A DNA stretch of 64,000 bases from Pseudomonadota bacterium (GTDB lineage Bacteria; Bdellovibrionota_G; JALEGL01; DATDPG01): positions 64,001 through 128,000 of the forward strand of contig JAZDDX010000017.1 in assembly GCA_043809315.1 (NCBI GenBank), in the 5' to 3' direction. A program made the position numbers and the translations under genes. Positions 50,494-59,581 of this stretch are shown in pieces. Within the stretch, counting starts at the first letter, position 1; each line of letters starts with the position of its first letter. The notes beneath the pieces are model-generated. The model had not been told where the DNA came from, searched no databases, and saw only the letters and a program-made list of their open reading frames with translations.

Positions 50494-51944
50494 GACGGCT
50501 CCTTTTCGAAATAGCGTGTCTCCGCTTCGAAGGCGCGACCGGCCCGGAAGAGAGTTCCCTCCTCGAACGGCTTCCCGACGAACTGCAACCCGAGCGGAAG
50601 ATTCTGTTTCGTGAACCCGGCCGGCACGACGAGGGCGGGAAGTCCCGCAACCGAGATCGTCACGGTGAAGACGTCGGAGAGATACATCTCGAGGGGATCG
50701 CTCGTCTTGCTCCCGATCTTGAAAGCAGGAGTCGGTGATGTCGGTGTGGCGATCACGTCTACTTTACGGAACGCATCGGAAAAATCTTTCCGGATCAACG
50801 TTCGGACCTTCTGTGCCTTCAAGTAATAGGCGTCGTAATAGCCGGAGCTCAAGACGAACGTGCCGATCAGGATTCTCCGGCGGACTTCGGCCCCGAACCC
50901 CTCGCTTCTCGACCTGGTGATCAGCTTGCCGATCCCGTCTGCGCCTGAGGTGCGGCGGCTGTACCGGACGCCGTCGTAGCGGGCGAGGTTCGCCGACGCT
51001 TCCGCGGGGGCGATAATGTAGTAGCAGGCGATCCCGTAGTCGGTGTGGGGAAGGGAGATCTCCGCAACGGTTGCCCCGGATTTCTCCAACACTTTGAGTG
51101 CTGCGAGAAAGTTCTCGCGCACTTCGGGAGAAAGCTCCTTCGGAAGATATTCTTTTGGGTATCCGATCTTAAGACCGCGGATCGGGGTAATTTCGCTCTT
51201 CGCGACCGGAAGAGGGGCGGAGGTCGAATCGAGCGGATCGTGTCCGGCAATTGTCTCGAACAGAGTCTGTGTATCGCCCACGGTTCGTGCCATCGGCCCG
51301 ACCTGATCGAGCGAGGAGGCGAACGCCACGATCCCGTACCGGCTCACGCGCCCGTACGTCGGTTTGAGTCCCACGACGTTGCAGAGGGCCGCGGGAAAGC
51401 GGACCGAGCCGCCGGTGTCGGTTCCGAGCGCGAGCGGGGTCATACGGGCGGCGAGCGCCGCCGCCGATCCCCCACTGCTCCCGCCGGGGACACACGACGG
51501 ATCCCATGGGTTTCGGACCGGCCCGTACGCGGAGTTTTCGTTCGAGGAGCCCATTCCGAACTCGTCGAGGTTCGTTTTTCCGAGGAAGACGGCTCCTTGA
51601 TCGCGCAAGCGCTTCGCGACCGTGCTATCGTACGGCGAGATGAACTTTTCGAGGAATTTACTTCCGGCGGTGGCGCGGAGGCCTTGCACCAGAATATTGT
51701 CCTTGATTGCAATCGGGATCCCCGCGAGCGGTGCTTGAGGTGATCTTCCCTGGAGTAATCTGTCCGCCGCATCCGCTTGTTCTAAAGCTTCGGTCTTGGC
51801 GACGGTCAGGAAGGCATTGAGTTTGGGATTCTTCTTCTCGATCTCAACCAGAAACGATTGTGTCAGTTCGCGAGAAGAGATCTCTTTCTTGTCGAGAAGT
51901 GTGCGTAAGTCGGCGACGGAGCGGTTTCGGAGCGAGGCAGTCAA
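50490..51944 (-). CDS. gatA: Asp/Glu-tRNA amidotransferase subunit A
   Basis: GKTNLDEFGMGSS, GGSSGGSAA, DTGGSVR, GYYDAYY. Confidence 0.98.
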   Translation of the reverse strand: MTASLRNRSVADLRTLLDKKEISSRELTQSFLVEIEKKNPKLNAFLTVAKTEALEQADAADRLLQGRSPQAPLAGIPIAIKDNILVQGLRATAGSKFLEKFISPYDSTVAKRLRDQGAVFLGKTNLDEFGMGSSNENSAYGPVRNPWDPSCVPGGSSGGSAAALAARMTPLALGTDTGGSVRFPAALCNVVGLKPTYGRVSRYGIVAFASSLDQVGPMARTVGDTQTLFETIAGHDPLDSTSAPLPVAKSEITPIRGLKIGYPKEYLPKELSPEVRENFLAALKVLEKSGATVAEISLPHTDYGIACYYIIAPAEASANLARYDGVRYSRRTSGADGIGKLITRSRSEGFGAEVRRRILIGTFVLSSGYYDAYYLKAQKVRTLIRKDFSDAFRKVDVIATPTSPTPAFKIGSKTSDPLEMYLSDVFTVTISVAGLPALVVPAGFTKQNLPLGLQFVGKPFEEGTLFRAGRAFEAETRYFEKEPS

Positions 51945-51945
51945 C

Positions 51946-52257
51946 TTACTCTTTCTCTCCGATCATTCGGGGGACCTGAAAGAAGTTGTCCTGTCGGGCG
52001 GGGGCGTTCTCAAGCGCCTTCTCCGGCGAAAACGATTCCTTCGGTTGATCATCGGCTAACGGAGTTCCGGCACTCACGCCAGAAGGAAGAACCTGCGTCG
52101 TTGGTTCGATTCCGTCGGTCGGGAGCCCGTTCAGCTTCTCGATGTATCCGACGATCTCGTTAAACTCCCGCAGACGTTCCGGGATCTCCTTTTCGGGCAG
52201 GTCCAAGTGGGCCAACTTGGCGACATGCAAGATCTTTTCACGCGTATAGTTCGCCAC
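51946..52257 (-). CDS. gatC: Asp/Glu-tRNA amidotransferase subunit C
   Basis: HVAKLAHL, NAP...FFQVPRMI; upstream of gatA. Confidence 0.93.
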   Translation of the reverse strand: MANYTREKILHVAKLAHLDLPEKEIPERLREFNEIVGYIEKLNGLPTDGIEPTTQVLPSGVSAGTPLADDQPKESFSPEKALENAPARQDNFFQVPRMIGEKE

Positions 52258-52339
52258 GGGGATTGGCTACCATACCCCGTCCGCAAGCGCCAGTTGAGCG
52301 CTTGTCAGCATCCGTAGGTTGTGGTACGTCGCGTCAACC

Positions 52340-53098
52340 ATGAACTTCTTTCAGCTCGTCATGGGGTTCTTTTTGGTTTTCCTAGGTCTCTTCGGATCCG
52401 TCTCGGCCAAGGAGGGGCAGACGAACTTCTATTATGGGATCAGCAAACCGGTCTGGGAGAAACCGAGCGCGGGATATGTCGCGAACAACAATAAGATTCT
52501 TTTCAAGGCCAACTACCTGATTGAAACGCAAGATGTCGAAAGGACCTCGGCGATTCAGGACAATTTCAAGGTGTTCGCGGGCCTCATATCCCACACAAAT
52601 CTGTGGTTTCTTAGTCGTATGAGACTCGAAATGGTGGTTGATGCGAAGCGCACGGGCACGATCGTTCTTGGGATCGTTCCTTGGAAAAGCGACCGAGAAG
52701 CCATTGCTGGCCACATCGTTAATGTAAATGTTGCTGGACCGACAGAAGATCGGTGGCAGGCGCTTTCCTGTGAGATCGATCTCTCGAACTTTCCCGACGG
52801 GTTCTATAAAACTCTTCTCTACGTGAAATCGAACGACGGAATGACGACGATGATCGGCGATGTATTCCTCAGTGCTGCCAACGGATCGCTTCACGAACTT
52901 CTCGAGAAGAACATTCCCGATGCGACCGTTTTGAAAACCAAGATGGCCGTCTACGATCCATTTCTTCTCGCATCGGTAGGACAGCTGGCGTCGGACGCCA
53001 GGGAGTCATTGCACCGGGTCGTTGGTCCCGAGAAAGAGCCAACATTCCAATGCGCTTGGTCCTCGAGGCACGTGGAGCCGCCTAGGGTCGAGAAGTGA
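52340..53098 (+). CDS. Hypothetical secreted protein, lower GC than its flanks
   Basis: Signal-peptide-like MNFFQLVMGFFLVFLGLFGSVSA; no motif recognised. Confidence 0.6.
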   Translation: MNFFQLVMGFFLVFLGLFGSVSAKEGQTNFYYGISKPVWEKPSAGYVANNNKILFKANYLIETQDVERTSAIQDNFKVFAGLISHTNLWFLSRMRLEMVVDAKRTGTIVLGIVPWKSDREAIAGHIVNVNVAGPTEDRWQALSCEIDLSNFPDGFYKTLLYVKSNDGMTTMIGDVFLSAANGSLHELLEKNIPDATVLKTKMAVYDPFLLASVGQLASDARESLHRVVGPEKEPTFQCAWSSRHVEPPRVEK

Positions 53099-53164
53099 TA
53101 GGTCGCTTTTTCACCCCCTCCTTGCCGTCCGCAGCTCCGTCTTCGCCTGCGCTATCTGGTTAGC

Positions 53165-53206
53165 CATTAAATAGTATGTATAAAAGTATGTATTTAATGA
53201 TATACT
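53165..53206 (+). promoter_or_regulatory. AT-rich operator/promoter of the first BrnT/BrnA module
   Basis: Inverted repeat CATTAAATA (53165-53173) / TATTTAATG (53191-53199), direct repeat AGTATGTAT x2, and -10-like TATACT at 53201-53206. Confidence 0.6.
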
Positions 53207-53222
53207 AGAAATTGGATCGGCC

Positions 53223-53516
53223 ATGGATTTCGTGGTTGGAATCTTTGAGTGGGACGTCGAAAAGGAACGCGGGAACGTTGAGAAACACGGCGTTGATTTT
53301 CTGATGGCCATGCAGGCTTTTCTCGACGAAGAGAGGCTGATCGCAACGGATGAGCTGCATAGTGAACGGGAGCCGAGATTCTTCTGCGTGGGACAGGCGA
53401 AGGGACAAGTTCTGACGGTCCGGTTTACAAGAAGGGGTCGTAGGATCCGGATTCTGGGGGCCGGTTATTGGAGAAAGGGGAGAGCATTATATGAAAAAGC
53501 GAACTCAAAGAGATGA
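53223..53516 (+). CDS. brnT: BrnT-family toxin
   Basis: FEWDVEK..NVEKHGVDF..A...F.D, HSEREPR, VLTVRFT.R...IRI. Confidence 0.9.
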   Translation: MDFVVGIFEWDVEKERGNVEKHGVDFLMAMQAFLDEERLIATDELHSEREPRFFCVGQAKGQVLTVRFTRRGRRIRILGAGYWRKGRALYEKANSKR

Positions 53517-53724
53517 GAATCAGCCTGTCGGGAAGCTGACGATCGTCGAGGATTTTCTCCCTCCTCCGGAAAAACTCGTGGCTGCGAGTGAGCGGGTGAA
53601 GGTTACGATCGCTGTTGATTCGACCACCATTCGATTCTTCAAGGCGGCAGCCAAGAAGGCGGGTTCGAAATACCAGCGGATGATTCGCGAAGTTCTGAAC
53701 GGCTACGCGCGAAGATACGCCTGA
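53491..53724 (+). CDS. brnA: BrnA/CopG-like ribbon-helix-helix antitoxin
   Basis: Overlaps brnT. DFLPPPE..., VKVTIAVD....FFK......KYQRMIR..L. Confidence 0.82.
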   Translation: MKKRTQRDENQPVGKLTIVEDFLPPPEKLVAASERVKVTIAVDSTTIRFFKAAAKKAGSKYQRMIREVLNGYARRYA

Positions 53725-53818
53725 CTCGGCTTCAGGAGCGCCTCTCCTTTGCCGTTTACAACTCCCGTTCTGGCTGCCAAGATTCGCGCCTACAAGTCTT
53801 AAACGGGAGGATACTCAC

Positions 53819-54397
53819 ATGCGTTTCGGAACGATTTGGATGGCAATTCTGGGACTCGCGTTGATCGGGTGTGTGGCGGAGACGAACCGGGTCGACATCG
53901 CGACCGACGAGGGGGGGGATACCGAGACCTCGAGCAAGGATCTCGTGACGGTCGCGCAGAACATGTCGCGGTCGCTGGTTCAGCTGCCGCAGATCTCGAG
54001 CGCCAAAACCCCGCCGCGGATCGCGTTTGCCGACGTCAAGAACGAGACGAACGAGATCATCAACAAGAACATGTTCATCGAGAAGATGCGCACACTTCTT
54101 CTGAAGAACGCGGGCGGACGGATGATCTTCCTGGATCGTGAAATCAGCGAACAGATCTCGACCGAACGAAACTCGAAGCGGAGCGGCCAGCTGGGAAGTT
54201 CCGGCTCCAAGATCCGCTCCGGCGCCGACTTCTTCCTGACCGGCAAACTCTCCTCGATCGACAAGCAGGCCGGAGGAAAACGCTCGACTTATACCCGGTA
54301 TGCGTTCCGCCTGACCGACGCCGAATCGTCCGACATCCTCTGGGAGGATGAGTACGAGGTAAAGAAGGTCGGATCGGCCGGTTGGTACGATCGTTAA
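53819..54397 (+). CDS. LpoB-like lipoprotein
   Basis: Lipobox LIGC; DL..VAQNM..SL, VKNETNE.I, GADFFLTG.LSSI, LTDAES..ILW.DEY.VKK. Confidence 0.75.
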   Translation: MRFGTIWMAILGLALIGCVAETNRVDIATDEGGDTETSSKDLVTVAQNMSRSLVQLPQISSAKTPPRIAFADVKNETNEIINKNMFIEKMRTLLLKNAGGRMIFLDREISEQISTERNSKRSGQLGSSGSKIRSGADFFLTGKLSSIDKQAGGKRSTYTRYAFRLTDAESSDILWEDEYEVKKVGSAGWYDR

Positions 54398-54401
54398 GAC
54401 G

Positions 54402-55553
54402 TTGAGGTTTCTCGCCGCAGCTCTCCTGCTGTTGCTGCTCGGCTGCAGCACGCAGCTGTCGCCGTCGACCGTTCGGGCCTATTACTCCTGCAACTACGGG
54501 CCGGTCGTATCCGAACTCAAGGCGAAGGCGAAGGAGGATGGGAAGGATTATGCCCTCTACAACCTCAATCTCTTGAGCGCCGCTCAGGGAGCCGGGGATC
54601 GGGAGACCGCGAAACAAGCCTTCCTGAACGCGCAACGCCTCATGTGGAGTACGGAGGCGGGGAAGGGACGGGGGACCGCGAGCCTGGTTTCCGCGGAATC
54701 GATCAAGATCTTCAAAGGGGAGCCGTTCGAAAAATCGATGGCGGCAATCTACGGCGGGATCCTTTTCTTCAATGAAGGGGACTTCGATAACGCCCGCGCC
54801 TCGTTTGGTAAGGCGACGATGGCGATCCAGCAGAAGGAGGAACACCCGAACGACTTCGCCGTGGCGTACTTCCTTCAGGCATTGTCGTTCCTGAAGAACG
54901 GAGACACGGACAACGCGAAGATCGCATTGGAACGAGCTAAAAAGGCCTACCCGAACAATCCGTATCTCGACGTGAGGAAGCTCAAGTCGAGCAATGCCTT
55001 CTTCGTGATCGAACTCGGACGTGGACCGGAAAGGTTTCGGACCGGTCCCGGGGCGAGCCTGGCCGATTGGCGCCGTCGCTCGTACCCCGAACAAGGGGCG
55101 GCGGTCTTTGTGGATGACGAGGAGGTCGGCCGGGCGCAGGAGGCGGGGGACCTGACCTACCAGGCGACTACAAAGGGATGGATGAAGAAAGACACGGTCC
55201 AGGTCACCAAAGGGGTGATGAGGGATGCCTCGATCGTGACCGCCGTCGTCGCGGCCGATGTCGCGGCCAATGCGAAAAACAAGAAGGATCGCGAGACCGC
55301 CGCGTGGGTCGCCCTGGGAGCGGGGCTCTTCGCCCTGGCGAACCAGTCTCAGGCGGACATCCGCCAGTGGGAGTTCCTTCCGGACCGGCTCCATGTCGCT
55401 GCAGTCCGTCTGTCCCCCGGTCCGCATAGGCTCAGGGTGGTTTTTTATGGAACCGGAGGGGTTCCGATTTCCGGATATGACAAGACCTGGTATTACAACC
55501 CTGCGGCCCCCGACGAGGAGAAGATTTTCCTGGTTCGGAGCGGTCCTTGTTGA
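54402..55553 (+). CDS. TPR-containing lipoprotein (COG3014-like)
   Basis: Lipobox LLGC, FKGEPFEK..M, TPR helices, C-terminal ADIRQW..LP...H....L.PG. Confidence 0.7.
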   Translation: MRFLAAALLLLLLGCSTQLSPSTVRAYYSCNYGPVVSELKAKAKEDGKDYALYNLNLLSAAQGAGDRETAKQAFLNAQRLMWSTEAGKGRGTASLVSAESIKIFKGEPFEKSMAAIYGGILFFNEGDFDNARASFGKATMAIQQKEEHPNDFAVAYFLQALSFLKNGDTDNAKIALERAKKAYPNNPYLDVRKLKSSNAFFVIELGRGPERFRTGPGASLADWRRRSYPEQGAAVFVDDEEVGRAQEAGDLTYQATTKGWMKKDTVQVTKGVMRDASIVTAVVAADVAANAKNKKDRETAAWVALGAGLFALANQSQADIRQWEFLPDRLHVAAVRLSPGPHRLRVVFYGTGGVPISGYDKTWYYNPAAPDEEKIFLVRSGPC

Positions 55554-55567
55554 AAGAGGAGGTTTCC

Positions 55568-55966
55568 ATGCGTTCGAAAATCGTGGCGTTCGCCGTCGTA
55601 TCGTTCCTGGCCCTCGCATGCGGGCCGTACAAGCCGGGGGTGAACACCGCCCCGATGCAAGAGAAGGAGAAGATCGTCCTTCTCGACCACGGCCTCACCT
55701 ACTATCTGAATTTCGTCAAGGAGGGGATCTCGCGCCTTCCGGGCGGGCAGCTCCAGGTGAAGCTCGAGGTGGAGAACAAGAGGGACAAGGATGTCTGGAC
55801 CGATGTCCAGGTGATCTTCCGCGGGGAGGACGGGTTCGAGATCGAGAAGACCGACTGGCAGCCGTTCCTCTTCCACCGCCGGACGGTGACACTCTACCAG
55901 CAGAACTCGCTGAACACGGGCGCCGCCGACTACCGGATCCTGATCCGGGACGCGAAGAGTAACTGA
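55568..55966 (+). CDS. YcfL/DUF1425-like lipoprotein
   Basis: Lipobox LALAC; V..F..EDGFEIE.T.W and C-terminal A.DYRILIR. Confidence 0.7.
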   Translation: MRSKIVAFAVVSFLALACGPYKPGVNTAPMQEKEKIVLLDHGLTYYLNFVKEGISRLPGGQLQVKLEVENKRDKDVWTDVQVIFRGEDGFEIEKTDWQPFLFHRRTVTLYQQNSLNTGAADYRILIRDAKSN

Positions 55967-55971
55967 CGGCC

Positions 55972-56655
55972 ATGAGACGCCTAGCGATCGTATCGGCGGC
56001 AATCGCCGCCGTGGTTCTCTGCGGTTGTCACAAGAAGCCAATCCCGTACTCCACTCCGCCGCCGGTCACGGTCCGACCGACGCAGCCACCTGCGGGGGTG
56101 GACTACACGCAGACGCTTTTGACGGGGAAGATCTTCCAAAAGCGGGTGGCGGTGGCCCGTTTCGTGGACAACCGTCCGGTCGAGGGAAGCCCGTTTGGGC
56201 AAAAGAAACAGCTCGACGTGGTAGGCCCGGGAATCGCGATTCACCAGGAGGAGCTGGTTCCCGAAAGCGACGAACCGAACAACTCGTTCACGCCGAAGCT
56301 GATCGACGCTCTCTCCCGGACACGACGGTTCATGCTCGTCGAGCGGAAAGACATCAACGCGATCCTGCGCGAAAACTCGTTCGGCGAAACGAAGTGGGCC
56401 GACAAGGAGAAAAGTTCCCGGGTCGGAAAGATTCTGGGCGCGGAGGTGATCGTCACCGGTTCGATCGGGCGGAATGAGAATCCCCAAACACGCGCCGAGG
56501 GTCCGCTTCAGCTGTTGCTCCGGATGTACGAGACCGAGACCGGCCGGATCATTGGCACGGCCAAGGGGAACGGGCGGACCGAGGAAGAGATGATCGACAA
56601 AGCCGTGACCGAGATCATCGGAATGATGGAGCAGACCGATGGTCCGTCGAAATAG
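55972..56655 (+). CDS. CsgG/HfaB-like lipoprotein
   Basis: Lipobox LCGC; KRVAVARF, L....RF.LVERKDI..IL.E, GKILGAEVIVTGSI, TETGRII. Confidence 0.75.
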   Translation: MRRLAIVSAAIAAVVLCGCHKKPIPYSTPPPVTVRPTQPPAGVDYTQTLLTGKIFQKRVAVARFVDNRPVEGSPFGQKKQLDVVGPGIAIHQEELVPESDEPNNSFTPKLIDALSRTRRFMLVERKDINAILRENSFGETKWADKEKSSRVGKILGAEVIVTGSIGRNENPQTRAEGPLQLLLRMYETETGRIIGTAKGNGRTEEEMIDKAVTEIIGMMEQTDGPSK

Positions 56656-56668
56656 GGCGACGATTCGG

Positions 56669-57406
56669 ATGCCGTATCCTGTGTTCTATCGGGTCTTTTT
56701 CTTGTTCCCGTTTCTATTAACCGCTTTCTCAGCCTGTGTTTCTACCGATACGGTTAAATCGTCCAAAGTCGATTTTGACACCATTAACGCGAAATACACG
56801 CTCTTCCAAACTCAGGACACCGGTCGAGAAGTGACGGTTAAGTTGGAATTCCGAGTCGGAGGAACCACTGGAACGACGGTCGAGTTTGACGAAGGGGAGA
56901 AGTTCCTCGTCAACGGTGAAACCATTCCATTCTATCTAGGTGGGACGAGCGCGATCAATACGGAGGGGAGTTATTACCAACGCGTGATCGAACTTGATGA
57001 CGCGACAGAGACCCTCGACATCACGTTTATGGATAAACAAGCCGTGGAACACAAGGAAGTGGTCAGTCGGGCACGACCCGTTGCCTTCACATCTGTATCG
57101 GATGGAGATGCCATCGATATTACGAAACCCCTACAGATCACGTTTGCTCCAGCCATCGAGGCATCAGGTGAACTGGACTGGAGAGATACCGTGGACAACA
57201 AAGGTAACTACCAGGATCATATATCGACGGATACAGGTTCAGGAACGTTTGATTTCTCGGCTCAAAACATCACCGGGAAGAACGTGATTGCCGTATTCTT
57301 GAAAGCAAGAGTTTCCAAAACCTCGTCTGTGCCTCCGGAGGGGTTTGTCCAAGGAAGCGTAAGCTCCGGCTACGAAACCAAGACGCTGACCCTCCACCTG
57401 CCGTAA
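56669..57406 (+). CDS. Hypothetical beta-rich lipoprotein, lower GC
   Basis: Lipobox FSAC; Thr/Asp-rich and beta-strand-like. Confidence 0.65.
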   Translation: MPYPVFYRVFFLFPFLLTAFSACVSTDTVKSSKVDFDTINAKYTLFQTQDTGREVTVKLEFRVGGTTGTTVEFDEGEKFLVNGETIPFYLGGTSAINTEGSYYQRVIELDDATETLDITFMDKQAVEHKEVVSRARPVAFTSVSDGDAIDITKPLQITFAPAIEASGELDWRDTVDNKGNYQDHISTDTGSGTFDFSAQNITGKNVIAVFLKARVSKTSSVPPEGFVQGSVSSGYETKTLTLHLP

Positions 57407-57497
57407 GGCAAAGGATCAGACTGACCCGAGACAGACGAGGGATCCCCGACGGGACCGCCCCGAGAGTCCGTCGCAATAGCCGGCGCTGGACATCGGC

Positions 57498-57508
57498 CTA
57501 CAATGTAG
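57498..57508 (+). promoter_or_regulatory. Palindromic operator overlapping a -10 box of the second TA module
   Basis: CTACAATGTAG palindrome containing TACAAT, whose last base lies 8 nt before GTG 57512. Confidence 0.5.
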
Positions 57509-57511
57509 TTT

Positions 57512-57738
57512 GTGATCTTCGGGTGGGATCCGGATAAGGCGCACAGCTGTCGATCGTCGATCCTTCTTTTTCGGACAAGGAGGAGAGATGGGTGACAGTC
57601 GGGCGTTCGGCGGACCGTCGGGTGCTCTTGGTGGTCCACACGTACCGGATTCGCGTGGGTGAGGATGAGATCATTCGAATCATTTCGGCACGATCGGCGA
57701 CTCGAAAGGAGGGAACACAGTATGAAGAAGGAATATGA
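57512..57738 (+). pseudogene. brnT: BrnT-family toxin pseudogene (internal deletion plus frameshift)
   Basis: One frame gives VIFGWDPDKA and soon stops. Another frame gives ...DPSFSDKEERWVTVGRS...VLLVVHTYR...IIRIISARSATRKE...YEEGI*. The NxxKHGxxF segment is absent. Confidence 0.82.
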
Positions 57739-57937
57739 TTTCTCAAAAGGGGTTCGGGGACGGTTCCACAGACCCAAGAAGATCCAGAAAACCATTCGGA
57801 TCGACGAAGGGGTGCTGAAATTCTACCAGAGGCTTGCGAAGAAGGTGGGAGTGCCCTACCAGACATTGATCAACCTAACCTTGCGTAAATTCTCGGCGGA
57901 ACGAGGACTTCTCATCATCAACGCCGAAAAGGCCTGA
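57722..57937 (+). CDS. brnA: BrnA-family antitoxin
   Basis: MKKEYDFSKG.RG.F...K...TIRID..V..FY.......GVPYQTLIN..LR. Confidence 0.9.
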   Translation: MKKEYDFSKGVRGRFHRPKKIQKTIRIDEGVLKFYQRLAKKVGVPYQTLINLTLRKFSAERGLLIINAEKA

Positions 57938-57950
57938 AAGGGTTCGGTGA

Positions 57951-58736
57951 TCATGAAAAGAACCGTATCGCAAGGGGCGCGAAGAGAAGCAGGAAGACGA
58001 CCGGGAAGATCAGACCGATCAACGGAGCCAGGAGTTTGATCGGCGCCCGCTGGGCCGTCTCCTCCGCTTGCCGATATAATTCCCGCCGCAGACTCTCCGA
58101 CTGAAGACGGAGTAATCCGCCGAGGCTTGAACCCAATTCCTCCGACTGGGATACGGAGGTTGAAAGAAGTTGAAGAGGTGCCACCCCGGTCCGTTCCGCC
58201 AGCCTTGCAAACGACCGGCTTCGCGTGGCCCCAACCCGAATCGACCGTAGTGTGATCTCGAACTCCTCTCGCAGCGGGTTCGGTCGGTCCCTCACAATCA
58301 CTTCTTCAATTGCAGCAATCAGGTCGAGCCCCGCCTCGAGTGCCAGCGTGATCAGATCCAAATAATACGGGAGATTCAGGAGAATCGATCGTTGCCGTTT
58401 CTGAATGGCTCGTCGCAGTTGGAGACGCGGCCAGAGGACACCGAGAACGCCGAGTGTGATCGGGAGCAGAGTGGGGGAGCCGAGAAGAGTCAACAGAACT
58501 CCAAATACCAAGCCGCCGATGCCCGCGAAGATCTGTCGCAAAATGAAACGAGATTCCTTCCCGGGCGTTCCGGCGCGCTCGAGCAATACCGTGAGGTGCG
58601 AACGATAACGGGAATTGATTTCGATTCGGTGATGAATGGAGCGACAGGTGCGCGTGGTGAATTTACTGAAGTCGAGATTTCGTAACGCAAGCCATGAACC
58701 GAAGCCCAGTAGAATCGCCGCGAGCCCTAGGCTCAC
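57951..58736 (-). CDS. tadC: Tad pilus platform protein TadC
   Basis: LPYYLDL...EAGL, LREEF, EELG, AEE.AQRAP.KL..PL...IFP. The GTG start overlaps the tadB stop. Confidence 0.9.
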   Translation of the reverse strand: MSLGLAAILLGFGSWLALRNLDFSKFTTRTCRSIHHRIEINSRYRSHLTVLLERAGTPGKESRFILRQIFAGIGGLVFGVLLTLLGSPTLLPITLGVLGVLWPRLQLRRAIQKRQRSILLNLPYYLDLITLALEAGLDLIAAIEEVIVRDRPNPLREEFEITLRSIRVGATRSRSFARLAERTGVAPLQLLSTSVSQSEELGSSLGGLLRLQSESLRRELYRQAEETAQRAPIKLLAPLIGLIFPVVFLLLFAPLAIRFFS

Positions 58737-59581
58737 TGAAGTGGCTCCGCGCGGCTGATCTTGTGGATCCAGATCCCACCGATCGTGAGGGCGACTGCCG
58801 CAACGAGAAGCAGAAGCCGGCCCCCACCGCTCTCGAAGAGAGGGGCGAGGTACTCCGGTGCCATGAGCTGAAGGATCGCGGTCAGCGCAACCGGCATCGC
58901 GATCGCCACCCAAGCTTGGAGTCTTCCCTGCGCGGTCAGAGTGGCGACGCGATCGCGGAGTGCGGCGCGAGCCAGGACCGTCTGCGCCACGCGGTCGAAC
59001 GCCTCCGCGAGGTTCGAGCCGGCGCGCGTCGAGATCTGAACCGCCCGGACCATGATCTCCAGATCGCGGAACGGATACCGTTCGGCGAAGTGATCCAACG
59101 CCGCTTCGAGTGGAACCCCGAGGCGAACCTCTTTCAAGACGAGCTCGAACTCCTGCGAAATGGGAGGGGAGGCAGTTTCGCTCAACGCTTCGAGCGCTCG
59201 TTCGAACGTGTGCCCTGCGCGAAGCGTGGCCGAAAGGGTCGGAAGAACGGTCTGGAGCTGTCGTTCGAGCTTCCTTTGGCGGGAGGATTGAACCCATCGA
59301 ATCAGGCGTTCCGGCCCGAACCAGATCGCGGGGAGCAATAGAACGAGGGGAATCGCGGATCGAAGAAGGAGCGAACCGGAGATCGCGACGAAGAGGCCGG
59401 TTCGCAGGAGCTTTTTCATTCTCGTGGGTTCGATGAAAAAGAACTCCTTTGCGAGACCGATTTCGACCAGCTTGAGCCGGTCCCGTTCGAGTCCAGCGAA
59501 GCGCTTCTCGAGCGATCGTTGCATCGGGCGGACCAAGAGGGAGAGGGTGAGTCCGAAACAGAGGATGCTAAGCCACAGCAT
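58733..59581 (-). CDS. tadB: Tad pilus platform protein TadB
   Basis: LRAGH...AL, PISQEF, GSNLAE, TAQGRLQ. Confidence 0.9.
   Translation of the reverse strand: MLWLSILCFGLTLSLLVRPMQRSLEKRFAGLERDRLKLVEIGLAKEFFFIEPTRMKKLLRTGLFVAISGSLLLRSAIPLVLLLPAIWFGPERLIRWVQSSRQRKLERQLQTVLPTLSATLRAGHTFERALEALSETASPPISQEFELVLKEVRLGVPLEAALDHFAERYPFRDLEIMVRAVQISTRAGSNLAEAFDRVAQTVLARAALRDRVATLTAQGRLQAWVAIAMPVALTAILQLMAPEYLAPLFESGGGRLLLLVAAVALTIGGIWIHKISRAEPLQ

Noticed and set aside
53111-53311. 66-aa minus-strand ORF across the brnT promoter
   Set aside because: It overlaps brnT antisense and the AT-rich operator and has no recognisable motif. At most it is a short gene remnant.
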